Of a DNA stretch of 64,000 nucleotides, positions 39,006-52,864 are shown piece after piece. The stretch is taken from the NCBI GenBank assembly GCA_964016885.1, contig OZ024740.1, positions 379,502,001 to 379,566,000 of the forward strand, in the 5' to 3' direction. The translations under genes were made by a program, and so were the position numbers. This DNA comes from Eledone cirrhosa (taxonomy: Eukaryota). Below the pieces are notes generated by a model, which did not search any database, was not told where the DNA came from, and saw only the letters and a list, made by a program, of their open reading frames with translations. How positions within the stretch are numbered: the stretch's first letter is position 1; each line of letters starts with the position of its first letter.

Positions 39006-40040
39006 GTAGTTTTGAATAACATGGTGGTTTGGGGAACTAATTGAGTAAAATGTGTTTCTTGTATTAAATAAAGACAGCGATGGCTCCTCCATCGGTTTCA
39101 ACAATAGACAATCAGTTGTCCAATCAACTGAATGTCTTACTTGATAAATTCATGTGTAAGTAGCTGAGTATTCCACAGATATATGTGCACTTCTAATAAT
39201 TCTCAGGCAGATTCAGCAGTTGGACCTGTATGTTACAATTACAATCTGCCAACATGTTTCTACATAATTCCAAGATTGAAGGTGGCAAATTGGCAGAATC
39301 ATTAGAATGCTTTGTAATATTCTTTTGGGGTATCTGAGTTCAAATCTCACTGAGGTCAACTTCGCTTTTTATGCTTTTGAAGTTGGTAAAAATATGTGCC
39401 TGTCCAGTACTAGGTTGATTCTTCCACTATATCTATTTCTTATTTCCTCTCTCTCTTTCTCTTGAAGAAATTGGTTATGTTCAGACTTAGAGAGGGAATG
39501 GACTGTACCATGTTTAAAATGCTCAATACATGTCATATGTCATGACATTGCCCCTATGACTCCAAACAGAAGATACTTCAATCTTGACTAGTTGTTAACC
39601 CTCAACAATTCTCAAATGCGATTCATATTTTAGTAATTAGTTTATCTGGAACAGTACTTCTGCTACACAAACATGCATTTCTTACAGCATTAAAAATATC
39701 ATGTCTCTGATTGGTAGATTCCTTTACCAACATATTACAACCAATAGGCGACTTGATGAACTAGTTGCTCTTTCTCTTCTTTCTACCTCTGCTTATCTGA
39801 ATTAGTCAGCTAGACGCTTCCTCCACACAAGCCTACACAAAATACCAACGTGCAAGCTATTCATGGCCTCCACACAAAGCTACTTTGAAACATTCACTCA
39901 TTCATCTTTAACCGTTCTTAGTGTCTCTTCCTTAGACTCTGCTCTCTGCCAATCCACCGCCATACATACAAATAAATTTTGCATTTCCTCAATGTCATAG
40001 TGTTACAGATGAAAATCTTGTCTCTTTTTCTTTGTTACAG

Positions 40041-40191
40041 GAATCATTGGTAAAAAACATGTTGGGCCAGAATATGTTTATCCTTTTGACTATGCTAGAA
40101 CTGAAGAGAATGAATCGATTTTGCAAGTTGGTCGAAATATTACACATATGAAAGAACTTGTGAGGCAGTTTTTTAAAGAAACAGGATCCAA
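40041..40191 (+). CDS. SGSH: Sulfamidase exon 4 (not in the ORF track)
   Basis: [35 protein letters not shown]; AG/GT bounded. Confidence 0.95.
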
Positions 40192-40609
40192 GTAAGTATA
40201 CCTATATTTCTGTGTGTGTGTGTTATTGTTTGAAGAAATACTATAGAATCAGTGAAACCTCTAGGGAGTATTCAAGGTAAAATATCCCAAGAAACTTGCA
40301 GGGAAATTTTCTGGTGATTTCATGATTACTTTATCGAAGATCATAGGACTTTTATTTCATAGCCACACCACAAGCTATGTATTTATTTATTTAGTTTGTT
40401 TTTTTTAGAATTATCTATCTTTCATTGATTTTTCAAGACCAAGAATGTGCTTCTGTTCTTGTTTAACTCCAGCTAGACCGTGGTTGAAAAAACATGATCA
40501 AAGGCATTTCATTGTCCTCCTATGTTGTTGTTCTTTCTTTGCAGGTTTTAAATTCCTGTAGGAGCTTATAAAATGTATGTAAATTATATATATATGTATT
40601 TGTGAGTGA

Positions 40610-41870
40610 ATAATAATAATATTATAATAATATCATTAATATTCGGTTTGATAAATAGAAAAGAGGACAAAACTCTGATTCCGTCAGGGAAATGGCCATG
40701 TTTGATATGTAGAAAAGGAGCTGGCATAAATTCTATAAAATGTACACAATGCAGATCTTGGGTACACAAGAGAAGTAGAGCAAACTAACAAGTAGGGAAA
40801 ACTACGTATGCAGTAGATGTACAGGGAAATTTGACAGTAGAAGTCGCAGTGATAGACACATTTTTCAAATGCAGGTGGGTTCTATAGAAGTGGTTGATAG
40901 CTTCCAGTACCTAGGTGATCAGATTAGAATGGGAGGGGGTGTTCCAAGGCCATAGTATCTAGAATAAGGACGGGTTGGAAGAAGTTTAGGGAGCTGCTTC
41001 CTCTTTAGATAAAGAAGGGTTTCTCCCTGCGTATGAAAAGCCAATTATATGATGCCTGTATGAGATGCGTGATGCTGCATGGTAGTGAGACATGGGCAGC
41101 AACTGCAGAGGATATGCGATGACTGGAGAAAAATGAAGCAAGCAAGCTCCATTGGATGTACAATGTCAATGTGTATGAACGACCAAGCATAGATGAATTG
41201 AGAGAGAAACTGTGTATAAGAGGGATAAGTTGTAGTGTGTGGGAGAGAAGACTGCAAGGGTATGGACATGTGATGCACATAGAGGATGACTGCTGGGTAA
41301 AGAAGTGTCAAGAAATCCCAGTAGAAAGAAGACGCAGTAGAGGAAGACCACGAAAAACATGGGCAGAGGTGGTGAAAGCAGACCTCAGATCGCTGAAGCT
41401 CTCAGAGGAGATGACAAAGGACCATGACAAGTGGAGAGATGCTGTGCTGAATAGGACCCGTCCCACCCTTGCATGCAGGGAAAAGCGGACGTAAAATGAT
41501 GATGATGATAAATACGCCATGTTAGATGACCAACATCATCCTTTTGTTCCAGCGGTAACCGAGAGAAAACAATCGATAATTGTTTCGGAGTGTTTGCACC
41601 TTATCAAGAAAGTGTATTCTCATCACTGCTACCAACTGCTGAGAACACATAGTATTCTCAAATGTATACATCGGCTGATTAGCAGTTCCAGTGGGTAGCA
41701 CTGACAAGAATACACAATATTGATAAGGAGCAAACACTTCAAAACAATTGTTGATTGTTTTCTCTCAGTTACCACTAGAACAAAAGGATGATGTTGGTTA
41801 TCTAACACATGGTGTTTATGAGGCTGTTTGCTTGCAAACAAACCGAATATTAATAATATTATTATTTTTT
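40610..41870. mobile_element. Fold-back/MITE with long inverted arms, interrupted by an RTE fragment
   Basis: 41508-41640 is the reverse complement of 41689-41820 (imperfect); outer ends 40610-40650 vs 41838-41870. Confidence 0.7.
40658..41505 (+). mobile_element. 5'-truncated RTE-group LINE
   Basis: KWPCLICRKGAGINSIKC, MLHGSETW, RGRPRKTW, (ATG)n tail; TSD TGATAAATA (40649-40657, 41506-41514). Confidence 0.85.
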
Positions 41871-41934
41871 TTTTATTTTTGGCAAAGCCGGCTGTAAAAT
41901 CTCTCGGTATGCAAATGAGGCTAATCAGTTTATG

Positions 41935-42465
41935 TATACATTTGCCACTACATCTCTTGTGTACCCACAGTTTGCATTTGGGACACCAGATTGAGTTTCT
42001 GCCTATGCCTTTCCTGCATACTGAGCAGGACTATTTCCCAGAGGGGATCAGAGCTCTGTTTTCTTTTCTGCTCACTAGTATTTTGGTGTTTGCCAAGTTG
42101 ACTTTAAGGCCTTTTATTTCCAAATTGTGCCTGAAATTTTTTCTCTAATTCTGTCATAGAATCAGCTAAGAGAGTTAGGAGTTTCCATGAGCAATCTGTC
42201 TTAAATTCCTCTGTTATAGCCGGTAGGACAATAATGAAGAGGAGGGGCAAAGGACGAAACAGTGGTGAACTCCTACCTGTACACTGAATTCCTCACTGTA
42301 CTTATTGTTAATTTTAACTTTGATGGTAGTTTCCCTGTATATGGCTTGTACTACTCTCAAGAGTCACTCATTTACCCCTTGTTTTTTGGTTGAGGGACTC
42401 AGTCAAAAGCTTTCTATAAGTCCACAAATGCTAAGTAGAGTGGCTTGCTTCTAGCCAGGTATTTC
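41935..42465 (-). mobile_element. RTE-group LINE internal RT fragment
   Basis: Homologous to 45160-45725 (KPLYLAFVDL, EEFK, PHD-like segment), degenerate. Confidence 0.75.
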
Positions 42466-42764
42466 TGTATTTGACATTATATATATATTTGAAAGTAAGT
42501 TTTTTTTTTTAAATATTTCCCTCATGGGTAAAACATATAGGAAAAAGAAGTTGAAAATGCTATTGGAGTCATTAAGAAGGTTTATTTATGATAATTTATA
42601 ATTCTGCCGGCATAGCTATACATCCCTCCATCTCTCTTAACTTTTGAAGAAATCATGAAACTTGTGAAACCAATAAATAAGTTATTGAAAATAAGCCTTC
42701 TTAACGACTCCAATTGCAGTTTAAAATTCTTTTTCCCATATATATATATTGTTTTTTTTTATAG

Positions 42765-43006
42765 ACCATTTCTGTTATACATTGGTTTCCATGATCCTCA
42801 TCGCTGTGGCCATACCCATCCACAATTTGGTGCTTTCTGTGAAAAATTTGGAGATGGAATCACAAAAGGAACTGGGATTATCCCTGACTGGAAACCAATA
42901 CACTACGACCCTAGTAAAGTAATAGTTCCGTACTTTATACCAGATACACCTGCAGCCCGAGCTGATATTGCTGCACAATATACAACTATTAGCCGACTAG
43001 ATCAAG
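42765..43006 (+). CDS. SGSH: Sulfamidase exon 5
   Basis: [16 protein letters not shown]...[19 protein letters not shown]; AG/GT bounded. Confidence 0.95.
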
Positions 43007-43710
43007 GTAAAAAGACTTTTAATGTAATGAAAATGTTTGAAGGTTTTTGAATTTTAGAAAACACAAGCTACAATTTTACTTGGGCTTATATATTTACAAA
43101 AAATCTCTTGAGTATTTTGTTTGAATGTTGATAAAGATTGAAAGCTGGCTTGAGTGTCAATTATTCAGATTCTTTCAGAACACTGTGAAATTTCATCATC
43201 ATACTCACCAGCACCACCACCACCACCAATACCACTATAATCATCACCACTGTTTAACGTCTATTTTCAGGTTTGCATGGGTAAGAAAGGTTGTTGCATT
43301 ATGTAACTTGACAAATCAGGTGATCATGTTTGCTCATACATTCTATTTTTGGCTTGGTTTTCTATGGCTTTCCATTATCATAGTTTTAAATTTGTTTTCC
43401 ATGCTGTCATGCTTTGGACAGATTGTCAAAATCTGAGACTAGATAGGTGAAGTACCCACATCTTACACATATATTCCATTTTTTTGCCATGATTTCTACA
43501 GTTAGACAGTCTTCCTAATGCCAACCACTTTACAGAGTGTACAGCAGGCAGATAGATCAAATCACTTAACTCACAAATTGTTCTCACATTGCTGTAAATA
43601 AGTATTATGAGTAGGCACATGTCCACTGCATAAGAAGTGAAAGTATTGTGTAATTAATTTCTACAAAGACACTAGGCTACACATTTGGGGGATGGATACA
43701 ATCACTTTAT

Positions 43711-44057
43711 CAGAGGTTCTCAAAGTGGGCACTACCGCCTCCTGGGGGTGTTGAGAAGGTCCAGGGGGTGCTGGGGCCTGAGAGTGCAGTGGGGGAGGGG
43801 GCAGTAGAGATGATATAATAGTATATTAAATATCAAATGATACATATTATATATAAACATAGTAAAATAAAAAAATATATATTTATTTATACATAGTATA
43901 TATTATATTATTCACTATATATAAATTAACTACTTTATTTATTTTATATTATTTACAACTTGCATGTAGGCAGGTCTCTCTGGAAATCGGATGGGGATGT
44001 TGAGGGTATTACGTGGCTGTGAGGGGGACGGTAGCCCATAACGTTTGAAAACCTCTG
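43711..44057. mobile_element. hAT(Charlie)-like MITE
   Basis: TIRs CAGAGGTTCTCAAA / TTTGAAAACCTCTG; TSD not clear. Confidence 0.65.
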
Positions 44058-44143
44058 CTTAGATCAACACAGTACTTATTTCATTAACCTTAGAAGAATG
44101 AAAATCAAAATTGACCTTGGTAGGATTCAAAGTCAGATTATAA

Positions 44144-46358
44144 ATCATCATCATCATCATCATCACCGTTTTACGTCCGTTCTTCCACGCTAGCATGGGT
44201 TAGACGGGTTGTCCTGTTGTGGGCAGTGTCTGGTCGGCTGACCATGCCTTGCTCATACAGGAACTGATCTGGCTTGATTTCTACAGCTGGATGCCCTTCC
44301 TAACACCAACCTCATTTACAGTGAGTGCTGGGTGCTTTTTTGTGGCGCCTACACGTCCACTTTACAGTGTGGGCTGGGTGCTTTTTTGCCGTGGCACCTC
44401 CACGACCACCTTGCGGTGGGGGGGGGGGGGGCATATTGTTTATATGCTTCAGCATGTACCCATGGGAGGTCGGGTACCCTGTATTACTGCGTGACGCCAG
44501 AAGTCACGGTCGTGTGTCATTGACTTTGAGAGGTGTAGTTGGGTAAGGTCGGCTTTTATCACCTCATCCCAAGTCATCTTGGGTCTCCCCACTCCGCGGT
44601 TTCCATCAACTTCTAGTGCTCTGCACCTTTTTATGCAGCTGTCATCCTTCATACGCATCACATGTCCATACCAGCGTAACCGCCTCTCCTGCACGCAGCA
44701 TTTGATTCCTCTTATGCTCAGTCTCTCTCTCAATTCATTTATGCTTTGTCGTTCACGTATATTACTGTTACACATCCATCGGAGCATGCAGGCTTCGTTT
44801 CTCTCTAATCTACGTAAGTCTTCCACCTTCAGCACCCAGGTCCCACTACCATGCAACATCGCTGTTCGGATACACGCATCATACAGTCTGCCTTTCATTC
44901 TGAGGGAGAAGCCTTTTGCAGCTAGCAGTGGTAGTAGTTCCCTAAACTTCTTCCATCCCGTTCTTACCCTAGTTATTGTACTTTCTGAGCACCCACCTCC
45001 GTTGCTAATTCGGTCACCTAGGTAGCAGAAGCTGTCTACTGTTTCTACAGGGCCCTCCCAGAGATTGGTGGTACTTGTTTCCTGTGGCTGTTTGCTTGCT
45101 GTTTCAGCACAGCTGCTGCATGTGAATCCTACATTCTTAATTAAGCTTCCTGAGATCCCGCTACATCTCTTGTGTACCCATTGTTTGCATTTGGGGCAAA
45201 GAATGGAGTTCCTACCTACACCTTTCCTACATACTGAGCAAGGCCATTTCCCTGAGGGGATCTGGGTTCTGTTTTCTCGTCTACTTATAAGGACCTTAGT
45301 CTTTGTCATGTTGACTTTGAGGCCCTTTCTCTCTAGTCCCTGCTTCCAGGTTTGGAATTTATTCTCTAGTTCTACCATAGATTCAGCTATGAGTGCGAGG
45401 TCATCAGCATACAGGAGTTCCCATGGGCATCCGGTCTTAAACTCCTCCGTTATTGCCTGCAGGACTATGATGAACAGGAGAGGGCTAAGAACAGAGCCCT
45501 GGTGGACCCCAACCTGTACGCTAAATTCCTCGCTATACTCATTGCCAATCCTAACTTTGCTGACTGCTCCCCTATACATGGCTTGTACCGCTTTCACAAG
45601 CCATTCATCTACTCCTAGTTTTCTAAGAGCCCACCAGATTACTGCACGTGGAACTCTGTCAAAGGCTTTCTCAAGGTCGACAAATGCCAAGTAGAGTGGC
45701 TTACTTTTAGCTAGGTACTTTTCCTGTAATTGCCTCACAAGGAAGAGCGCATCAGTGGTGCCTTTCCCTGGTACAAACCCAAATTGCATCTCGTCTATAT
45801 TCACCCGGTCCCTAATCAGCTGTGCTATAACTCTTTCTGTTACTTTCATGACCTGGTCCATCAACTTTATACCTCTATAGTTTCCTCTATCTAGTGCATC
45901 GCCTTTACCTTTGTAGCAGTTGACAATGATGCTACTGCACCAATCTTTTGGTATGGCCCCCTCTAGTATTACCTGGTTAACGATACATGTGGTTATAGTG
46001 TGACCTACAGACCCAGATGCCTTCAGCATCTCGGCAGCTATACCCGATGGGCCGGTTGCCTTCCCTATCTTCATATCTCTGATTGCCTTACTTACTACGC
46101 TGCCGCTGACTTGTACTGCTGGTCCCTCTATAGGGTCTACGTGGGGTAGGGTCTCTTCTTCCCATGCATTCTCCTCATTTAGTAATCTATCATAATGACT
46201 CTTCCATGCATCTTTCTTCTCAGCACTTGTGAGGGCAAGCTCACCTTTATCATTCCGGATACACTTCTCTCCAATGACATCACAACTATCTCTGACACAC
46301 TGCCTCGCAATCTTGAATACCTCCTGTTTCTGGTCCTCACGTTGTAAAACATGCTTAA
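44144..46358 (-). mobile_element. 5'-truncated RTE-group LINE with an open RT frame (44449-46074 and upstream)
   Basis: NYRGIKLMD, AFVDLEKAFDRV, GVHQGSVLSPLLF, LYADD, an internal C4HC3 finger, 3' UTR and (ATG)n tail. Confidence 0.92.
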
Positions 46359-47262
46359 ATATACAGTGAAATTAACAAGTGTTTTATTAATTTTCAGCCC
46401 TAAATTCTAATCATCTCATGAATGAAAATTAAAGCTGGGCTTTGCTACATAAACTATATGAAGTCAAAATTTTCAAGTAGTTCCCATCATACTCAATTAG
46501 TTATGGGACATAAATAGATACACACAAGTTAATATAAAGCTCTATAAATGCTACTGTCATTATGGTGTTGTTGTTTTCAAGTAATGATTCAAGAGATTCA
46601 CTAGAAGAAACTGCCACTGTCTTTTCTTGTCCTTCGAATAATTTGAACTCAGCACTGAAATCTAAGGCAACATCATAATTCTACAGTGTGGTTGTACCAC
46701 ATAACCAACTATGGACTGCAAAATTCATGATAATTATTTTAAAGCTAGTGAGACTAGGCCGTCAAGAGTATATAATCTTCGTTTAGGACATAGCACAACC
46801 CTGATTACATCTTAGTGAAATCTGATGAAATCCATAAAGAAAAACTTCAAGTGATGTTTCTATAACTTACACATCATCATCACCATTTAAAATCCTTTTT
46901 CCATGTTTGTATGGGATAGATGAAAAGTCAAGTTCTGAGGCTAGACCAGTAAAATAACTACATTCCATTTTTGGCTTAGTTTGTATGGCTGGGCCAACCA
47001 CTTTACAGCATATATTGGGAGCATTTTACCATGACACCACCTTACAAGGTGGACTGAGTCTTTTTTTTATCATGGCACCAGCATTGCTATTTTACAGAGT
47101 GAGCAGGATGTGTTTTATCATGGCAACAATATGACCACTTTACAGAGTAAGTTGGGTGCATTTTATTGAGGAACCAACATACATTTAATTTCTAATGGAA
47201 CTGACTTGCATTTAGTTCATCAATTGTGTAAACAATAGAAATTTTCAAATAATGCAAATAAT

Positions 47263-47368
47263 TGTTTCTACTATTGGCACAAGGCCAGCAATTATCCAGT
47301 ACATTACTGGTACTTTATTTTATCGACCCCGTAAGGATGAAAGGCAAAGTTAACCTCGGCGGGATTTG
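47263..47368 (-). mobile_element. 5'-truncated Meta-type SINE next to the SGSH exon 6 acceptor
   Basis: 15-bp TSD AATAATGCAAATAAT at 47248-47262 and 47369-47383. Confidence 0.85.
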
Positions 47369-47402
47369 AATAATGCAAATAATGATTTATTTAAATATGC
47401 AG

Positions 47403-47578
47403 GTATTGGCCTAATAATTAAAGAATTGTCTGATGCTGGTCATCTTGATTCCACCCTTGTTTTATACACATCTGATAATGGCATTCCATTTCCTAATGGG
47501 AGAACAAACCTGTATGATCCTGGCATAGCAGAGCCATTTTTGATTTCTTCACCTTTATATCCTCAGAAATGGGGCCAA
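47403..47578 (+). CDS. SGSH: Sulfamidase exon 6
   Basis: GIGLIIKEL...[20 protein letters not shown]...WGQ; AG/GT bounded. Confidence 0.95.
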
Positions 47579-47707
47579 GTAAGTAGATAACAATAAAGTT
47601 TCCAATACTTAACCCTTTTGTGTCTATATATTTAATTGAAATATGCTGTATTCTAATTAATTTGGAAAAAATAAACAAGATTTTTTAAAGGATTTAGCGG
47701 TATAACT

Positions 47708-47926
47708 CAGGCATCTCAAACAAACGGCCCGCGGGCCACATGCGACCCTTTACAAGCACACCTGCGGCCTGTACAAAGGTTTTTACAGCATAAGCATGTT
47801 TTATCTTCGTAATATAACATTTTTAAAATGTGTTGTAATGTGCGCAATTAGTTGTCGTGTGTGGCCCTCAGACAACACATATGTGACACATGTGGCCCTT
47901 GGGGCACCCTCAGTTAGACATGCCTG
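47708..47926. mobile_element. hAT MITE
   Basis: TIR-like ends CAGGCATCTCAAAC / GTTAGACATGCCTG; 8-bp TSD GTATAACT. Confidence 0.85.
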
Positions 47927-49077
47927 GTATAACTAACTTTTATATGAGACTGATGTTTAGAACACAATGTAAAAAATGTTCTTATATACAATTAGTCTTT
48001 AAAGTGAGAGGTTATGTAGAATGGAAGTTTCAAATTAATTAAATATATTTAAATAAAGTTGATTATGAAATTTATATTTAGTAAAATGAATTATGCTTCA
48101 GTTCAAGGGAAAAGATAAAAGTCCAAATCTTATTCTGTATTTACATTTGTATTTGATACTGAAATAATACTATTTAAGTGGTAGGAATTAAAAGATTTCC
48201 CTGGGTTTTGAGAAACAGGGACTCTTTCTCTCTGAAGAATGCTTTATTGAAGATGTTTGTCGGAAGCATGCTGTTACATGCAAGTAAAACTGGGGGCAGT
48301 AAAGTCAAAGAACATACAAAATGGAAGAGGAATGAGTTAATTCAGCTACTCATTAGGTTTCATCTACTAAAATACAACAAACAGTTAAATATAATCTAAT
48401 GGGTTTACAATGTAAATTTGATAAATATTTCAAGTACCAAAGAGAATGAAAGAGAATTATAATAATATCTTTACTGAATGTGGATTTATGTCCTATGCTA
48501 GAGAAAAAATGGTGCAATAAGTTGATATTGAAAAGTACAAAGATAGAGCAAGAAAATTTGGAATAAAGTAGCGAGATTGGATGTTTAAAAATAAGTTCTT
48601 ACAAATAAGGTGCAGGATTGTGAGGAGGGGAAGGAGATTTATCTGATTATTGGTCCAAATAATTGTTTCTACTTTAGGTACAAGGCCAACATTTTTTTGG
48701 GGGGAGGTCGATTACATGTGCATTACAGGTACTTCATTTTACCGACACCGTAAAGATAAAAGGCAAAACTAAGCTTGGCGAGATTTGAACTCAGAACGTA
48801 ACTATGCAATGCAGCTATATTGCATCAATGTTCTCCTAGGGTATAGAACCAAGTTGCAAACTATTTCAATATCTCACATTATGAAAAGAATATTTTAATC
48901 AAATATTTTCTCTCATAATTCATACGAGACCCTCAAATTACAGAACTGATGAACCTATTCTTGTATATAGTAAATATTAAATATAAACTGCTATTCATAG
49001 TGCTGATGATGTTGGAGTGAGGGCAAATATCCCTAAATGTATTATTTTGTTTTCATATTTTATCTTTTCATTTTCAG

Positions 49078-49704
49078 AGAAGTGACTCATTTGTTTCCCT
49101 TTTGGATATAGTGCCTACTATATTGGATTGGTTCCAAATACCATATCCTCATTATAAGCTGTTCAGAAATCACATTAGATTGACTGGAAATTCTCTCTTA
49201 CCATTGTTACACTCTAAATCTGAAAATGATATTAATCAACTGTCAAAACAGGTATCAGCTGTGTATTCAAGTCACAACCTTCATGAAGTTACAATGTATT
49301 ACCCTATGAGATCTGTTCGTACATCAAATTATAAACTGATTCATAACCTCAATTACAAAATGCCATATCCTATTGATCAAGATTTCTATTTGTCTTCAAC
49401 CTTTCTTGACTTACTGAATCGTACCAGATCAAAATTACCAACTAAATGGTCAAAAACTCTGCACCAATATTATTACAGGGATCAATGGGAGCTTTATGAT
49501 ATCCACAATGATACAGCTGAACTCATTAATGTAGCATATAAACCTGAGTATAAAACTATATTAACATCTCTAAAGAATTTGTTACACCATTGGCAAAATG
49601 TGACAAATGATCCCTGGATCTGTGGTCCTGGTGCTGTACTTGAAAATAGTGGATATTATAAATTCAATCCCCATTGTATGGCATTGGATAATGAATTAAT
49701 GTAA
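49078..49704 (+). CDS. SGSH: Sulfamidase exon 7 (last coding exon)
   Basis: SLLDIVPTILDWF...HEVTMYYPMRS...PIDQDFY...DPWIC...DNELM*; the joined exons give 1554 nt in frame (517 aa); AATAAA signals follow. Confidence 0.95.
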   Translation, partial: RSDSFVSLLDIVPTILDWFQIPYPHYKLFRNHIRLTGNSLLPLLHSKSENDINQLSKQVSAVYSSHNLHEVTMYYPMRSVRTSNYKLIHNLNYKMPYPIDQDFYLSSTFLDLLNRTRSKLPTKWSKTLHQYYYRDQWELYDIHNDTAELINVAYKPEYKTILTSLKNLLHHWQNVTNDPWICGPGAVLENSGYYKFNPHCMALDNELM

Positions 49705-50165
49705 TAAAGAAAACATTATTTCACCCTTTTTTTTATGAACATATATATAAACTGCTTGCATATTTCAATTAACCTTGAAAATAATCATTATTTAGGAGGA
49801 ATTTATTCAGCTAGTGTTTGTAACATAACTTAAAAGATGTTGTTACATAATATATGTAACAACAGGAGGTTTTTGTGGAACAAAATTCAAGCAGATTCAA
49901 GCAGAAAGACAAGATTTCTATCAATTAATAACTATGTCATCAAATTATTGACAATATATGCAACAATGCTTTGATATTTTTACTATTTTAAAATTTTAAC
50001 TCTTCATTCTATGTTAAAGAATGAATAAAATAAAGTGATTAAACAACAGTCTACTCAGCAATAAATTTTCTTTTATCATTAAAGTATTGTTTAAATTTCT
50101 TTATAAGGGACATATTTTAGGGAAGAAGAGAGAATGCTCATGGCCTTTACAGGCCTTCTCAAATT

Positions 50166-50300
50166 AATTGTTTCTATTTTAGGCACAAGGCCAGCAATTA
50201 CCCAGTACATTACTGGTACTTTATTTTATCGACCCCGTAAGGATGAAAGGCAAAGTTAACCTCGGCGGGATTTGAACTCAGATCATAAAGGGACGTAACT
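50166..50300 (-). mobile_element. Truncated Meta-type SINE
   Basis: Family consensus; CTTCTCAAATTAATT on both flanks. Confidence 0.8.
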
Positions 50301-51432
50301 TCTCAAATTAATTACATTCATATGGTTCATGTTGAGTTTGAACATCTGTAGATTAATATCTGCATATAGTGTGGGTAGTGAGGTAATTCTAAAAAATGGA
50401 AGATAATCTATTGAAAGGTTTAGTAGATGCTTGAATGAAAGACAAAGAAGAGATTGGTGATAGCATGTAAATATCTATTTCAGAAAAACAAAGGTCATTT
50501 TAATATATAAAAAATAAGACAAGAGAAAAACCAGTGTGCTTGTGAGCTAGGGGTTAAGTTGTATTAGTGAGTGAAGGTTTGTATGCAATCCAGGATATTT
50601 GAGTGTATAATAGTAGTCCTGTATCGTATGAGTGAGAGGTACTCCAATTTGGTTGTTACTAGACCCTTCTTTAGGGTTAGGAACACATTTTTGGTCTTCC
50701 ACACCTTTGGTTTTCTTTTGTGACTTTTTTCTTCATTTTGCTTTCTGACAGAGAAAAACTGCCTGCACTTTCTGGTCTAAGGAATGTTGCAGGATGATCT
50801 TTACAGTAGATTCAACTTATAGGAGAACCCACCATAACAAGAGTAGGTGACAAAACTCTACAAGTAAGAAATGCTTGAATACTGAACAAGCACATACAAA
50901 ATGGTTTATCACTCTATGTACATCTTGACCAGACTTAATTGATGGCCCTTTTGTGCTTGTAGAGTTTACTTCTAACTGGTATTACCCCTTAATAACACTG
51001 TAAAAACAAGGGATTTATGAAAGTTATTCATAGTCCTTAGGCTGAAAGTTCTCTGAAATAGACAAACCAATGCCTAGTCTTTCTACAAGAACGTTGTTAG
51101 TCTTCCTTAACACTAATTCTCTGTGGAATGCTAATGTGGTAGTCCTATCAGCCTTTTTGCCAGACTGGTAGAAAGCTGAGAGTACCTAACAACATCCCTG
51201 GTGTTAGGTACCTAATTTTGGTCCTCACTTGACTCAATAGTGCATCTCTGTAAAAGAGATGAGCAAAGAAAAAAAACACACCTGCCAAAGAAAGATTGCA
51301 TGTATTCGCTGTTCAAGCATTTCTGCAGAAACCACCTGGCTCAAAGGCAAGCATTCGAACTAGGTATCCGGCCAAGGACAACTTCTTGCCAGTCTAGGTG
51401 CTGCTGAAAAAGCCATGGATGTTGTCATTATT

Positions 51433-51620
51433 GTGGATTGGCAGTATCGGTAGAGGGTCGGACGCCATGCTTTATAGCATAGTTACGTCCCTTTATGGTC
51501 TGAGTTCAAATCCCGCCGAGCTTAACTTTGTCTTTCATCTTTACGGGGTCGATAAAATAAAGTACCAGTAATACACTGATTTAATTGCTGGCCTTGTGCC
51601 AAAAATAGAAACAATTATTA
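51433..51620 (+). mobile_element. Meta-type SINE
   Basis: A/B boxes, core and tail. Confidence 0.8.
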
Positions 51621-52864
51621 AACTCACTCACTGTAGCAGTACTTTGTGCAAGGGAGATAACTTGCCAATGCTTTTCCTTAATTCAAATTTTTTCCAATAA
51701 TTTTTAAGAGCTGAAGTTACGAAAAACAGTGTCAAACATGTTTTTCTCTTGTGCGTAATGACCATATCCTATCTCAGCTGCCTATATCAATTCAAAATTA
51801 TTAGAAATTAATTTTGCTTTACCCATCAACAATTATTTACTTCATTTTCCATCCTGCGGAAAATTTGCCCTTCATAGCTGTGGTGGTTCAACACTAGTTT
51901 ATCTCAACTTATAATTGTTCAATCATAACGAATAAAACTATCTACATCCGTACTAAAGGTCTTACAGTATTTAGGTTCGTCTCTCTCCGACCTAATTTCA
52001 AATCTCCTGGGATTGATTTTACCTTTCATCCTTTCCAGGTCGATATAATAAGCGGCATTAATATATTTTATTTACACAAATTATCAAAAGATTTTTTAAA
52101 TGCCGAAAGAGATTATATATATATATAAAGGATGCACACCCAATTACAAATCACAAAGAGCGCTGGAGTTTCCCTCTAATAATTTTTGTGGCAAACACAC
52201 ATAGCATTGTTGTGGGTGATAGCAAAGGTGCTAAAGTAACCAGGTACCTGCACCTGATACGTCGGTAAGGCAAGACACTAAAAGTGATAAAAACCCCATT
52301 ATCAACGAACAACTCTCCCAAACGTCTCGATCGCCACAGGTTGAGGAAGATAATTTGCTGCTAATTCCTGGTATTTAGGGATTTTATTCCGTTTGGCTAC
52401 GGATGCGGTAACCTATTCTTCTGTCACAGCATCCATCATGTGAGAGGGAGTAAAAGAGTCGCTAACTGTGGTGTCTCAAATGACACATCTAGAACCTCTA
52501 ACCCACGAGCGAAAGGTAAGACCTTCTGCCCCTTTACCCAACAAACCTGGACAAACCGGCTGACTCAAGTATTGAGGGGAATATTGACTAGAGCCAGGGC
52601 CCGCATGATATATTTTGATTTCACCGAAAATTCTCTTGTCCTGCAAAAAAAAAAAAAAAAAAAGTTTATTTATTAAACTAAATTCAATTTAATTTTTAAC
52701 AAATTTTATTCTATGTCATTTTAAAACGGAGAACGGAGTGTTCAAGAAAAATCTTGCTTTTGCCTGATATTTTTTCCGGGTTGTAAATATAGTTTTTGTA
52801 TCATATACTTAATGTTGAAAATATATATACTTTTATTCACAGTTGTATAAAAATATAATAATAT

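Noticed and set aside
44579-45694. Long antisense ORFs over the RTE and Tx1 elements (also 63388-63897, 8840-9265)
   Set aside because: Shadow frames of RT coding sequence.
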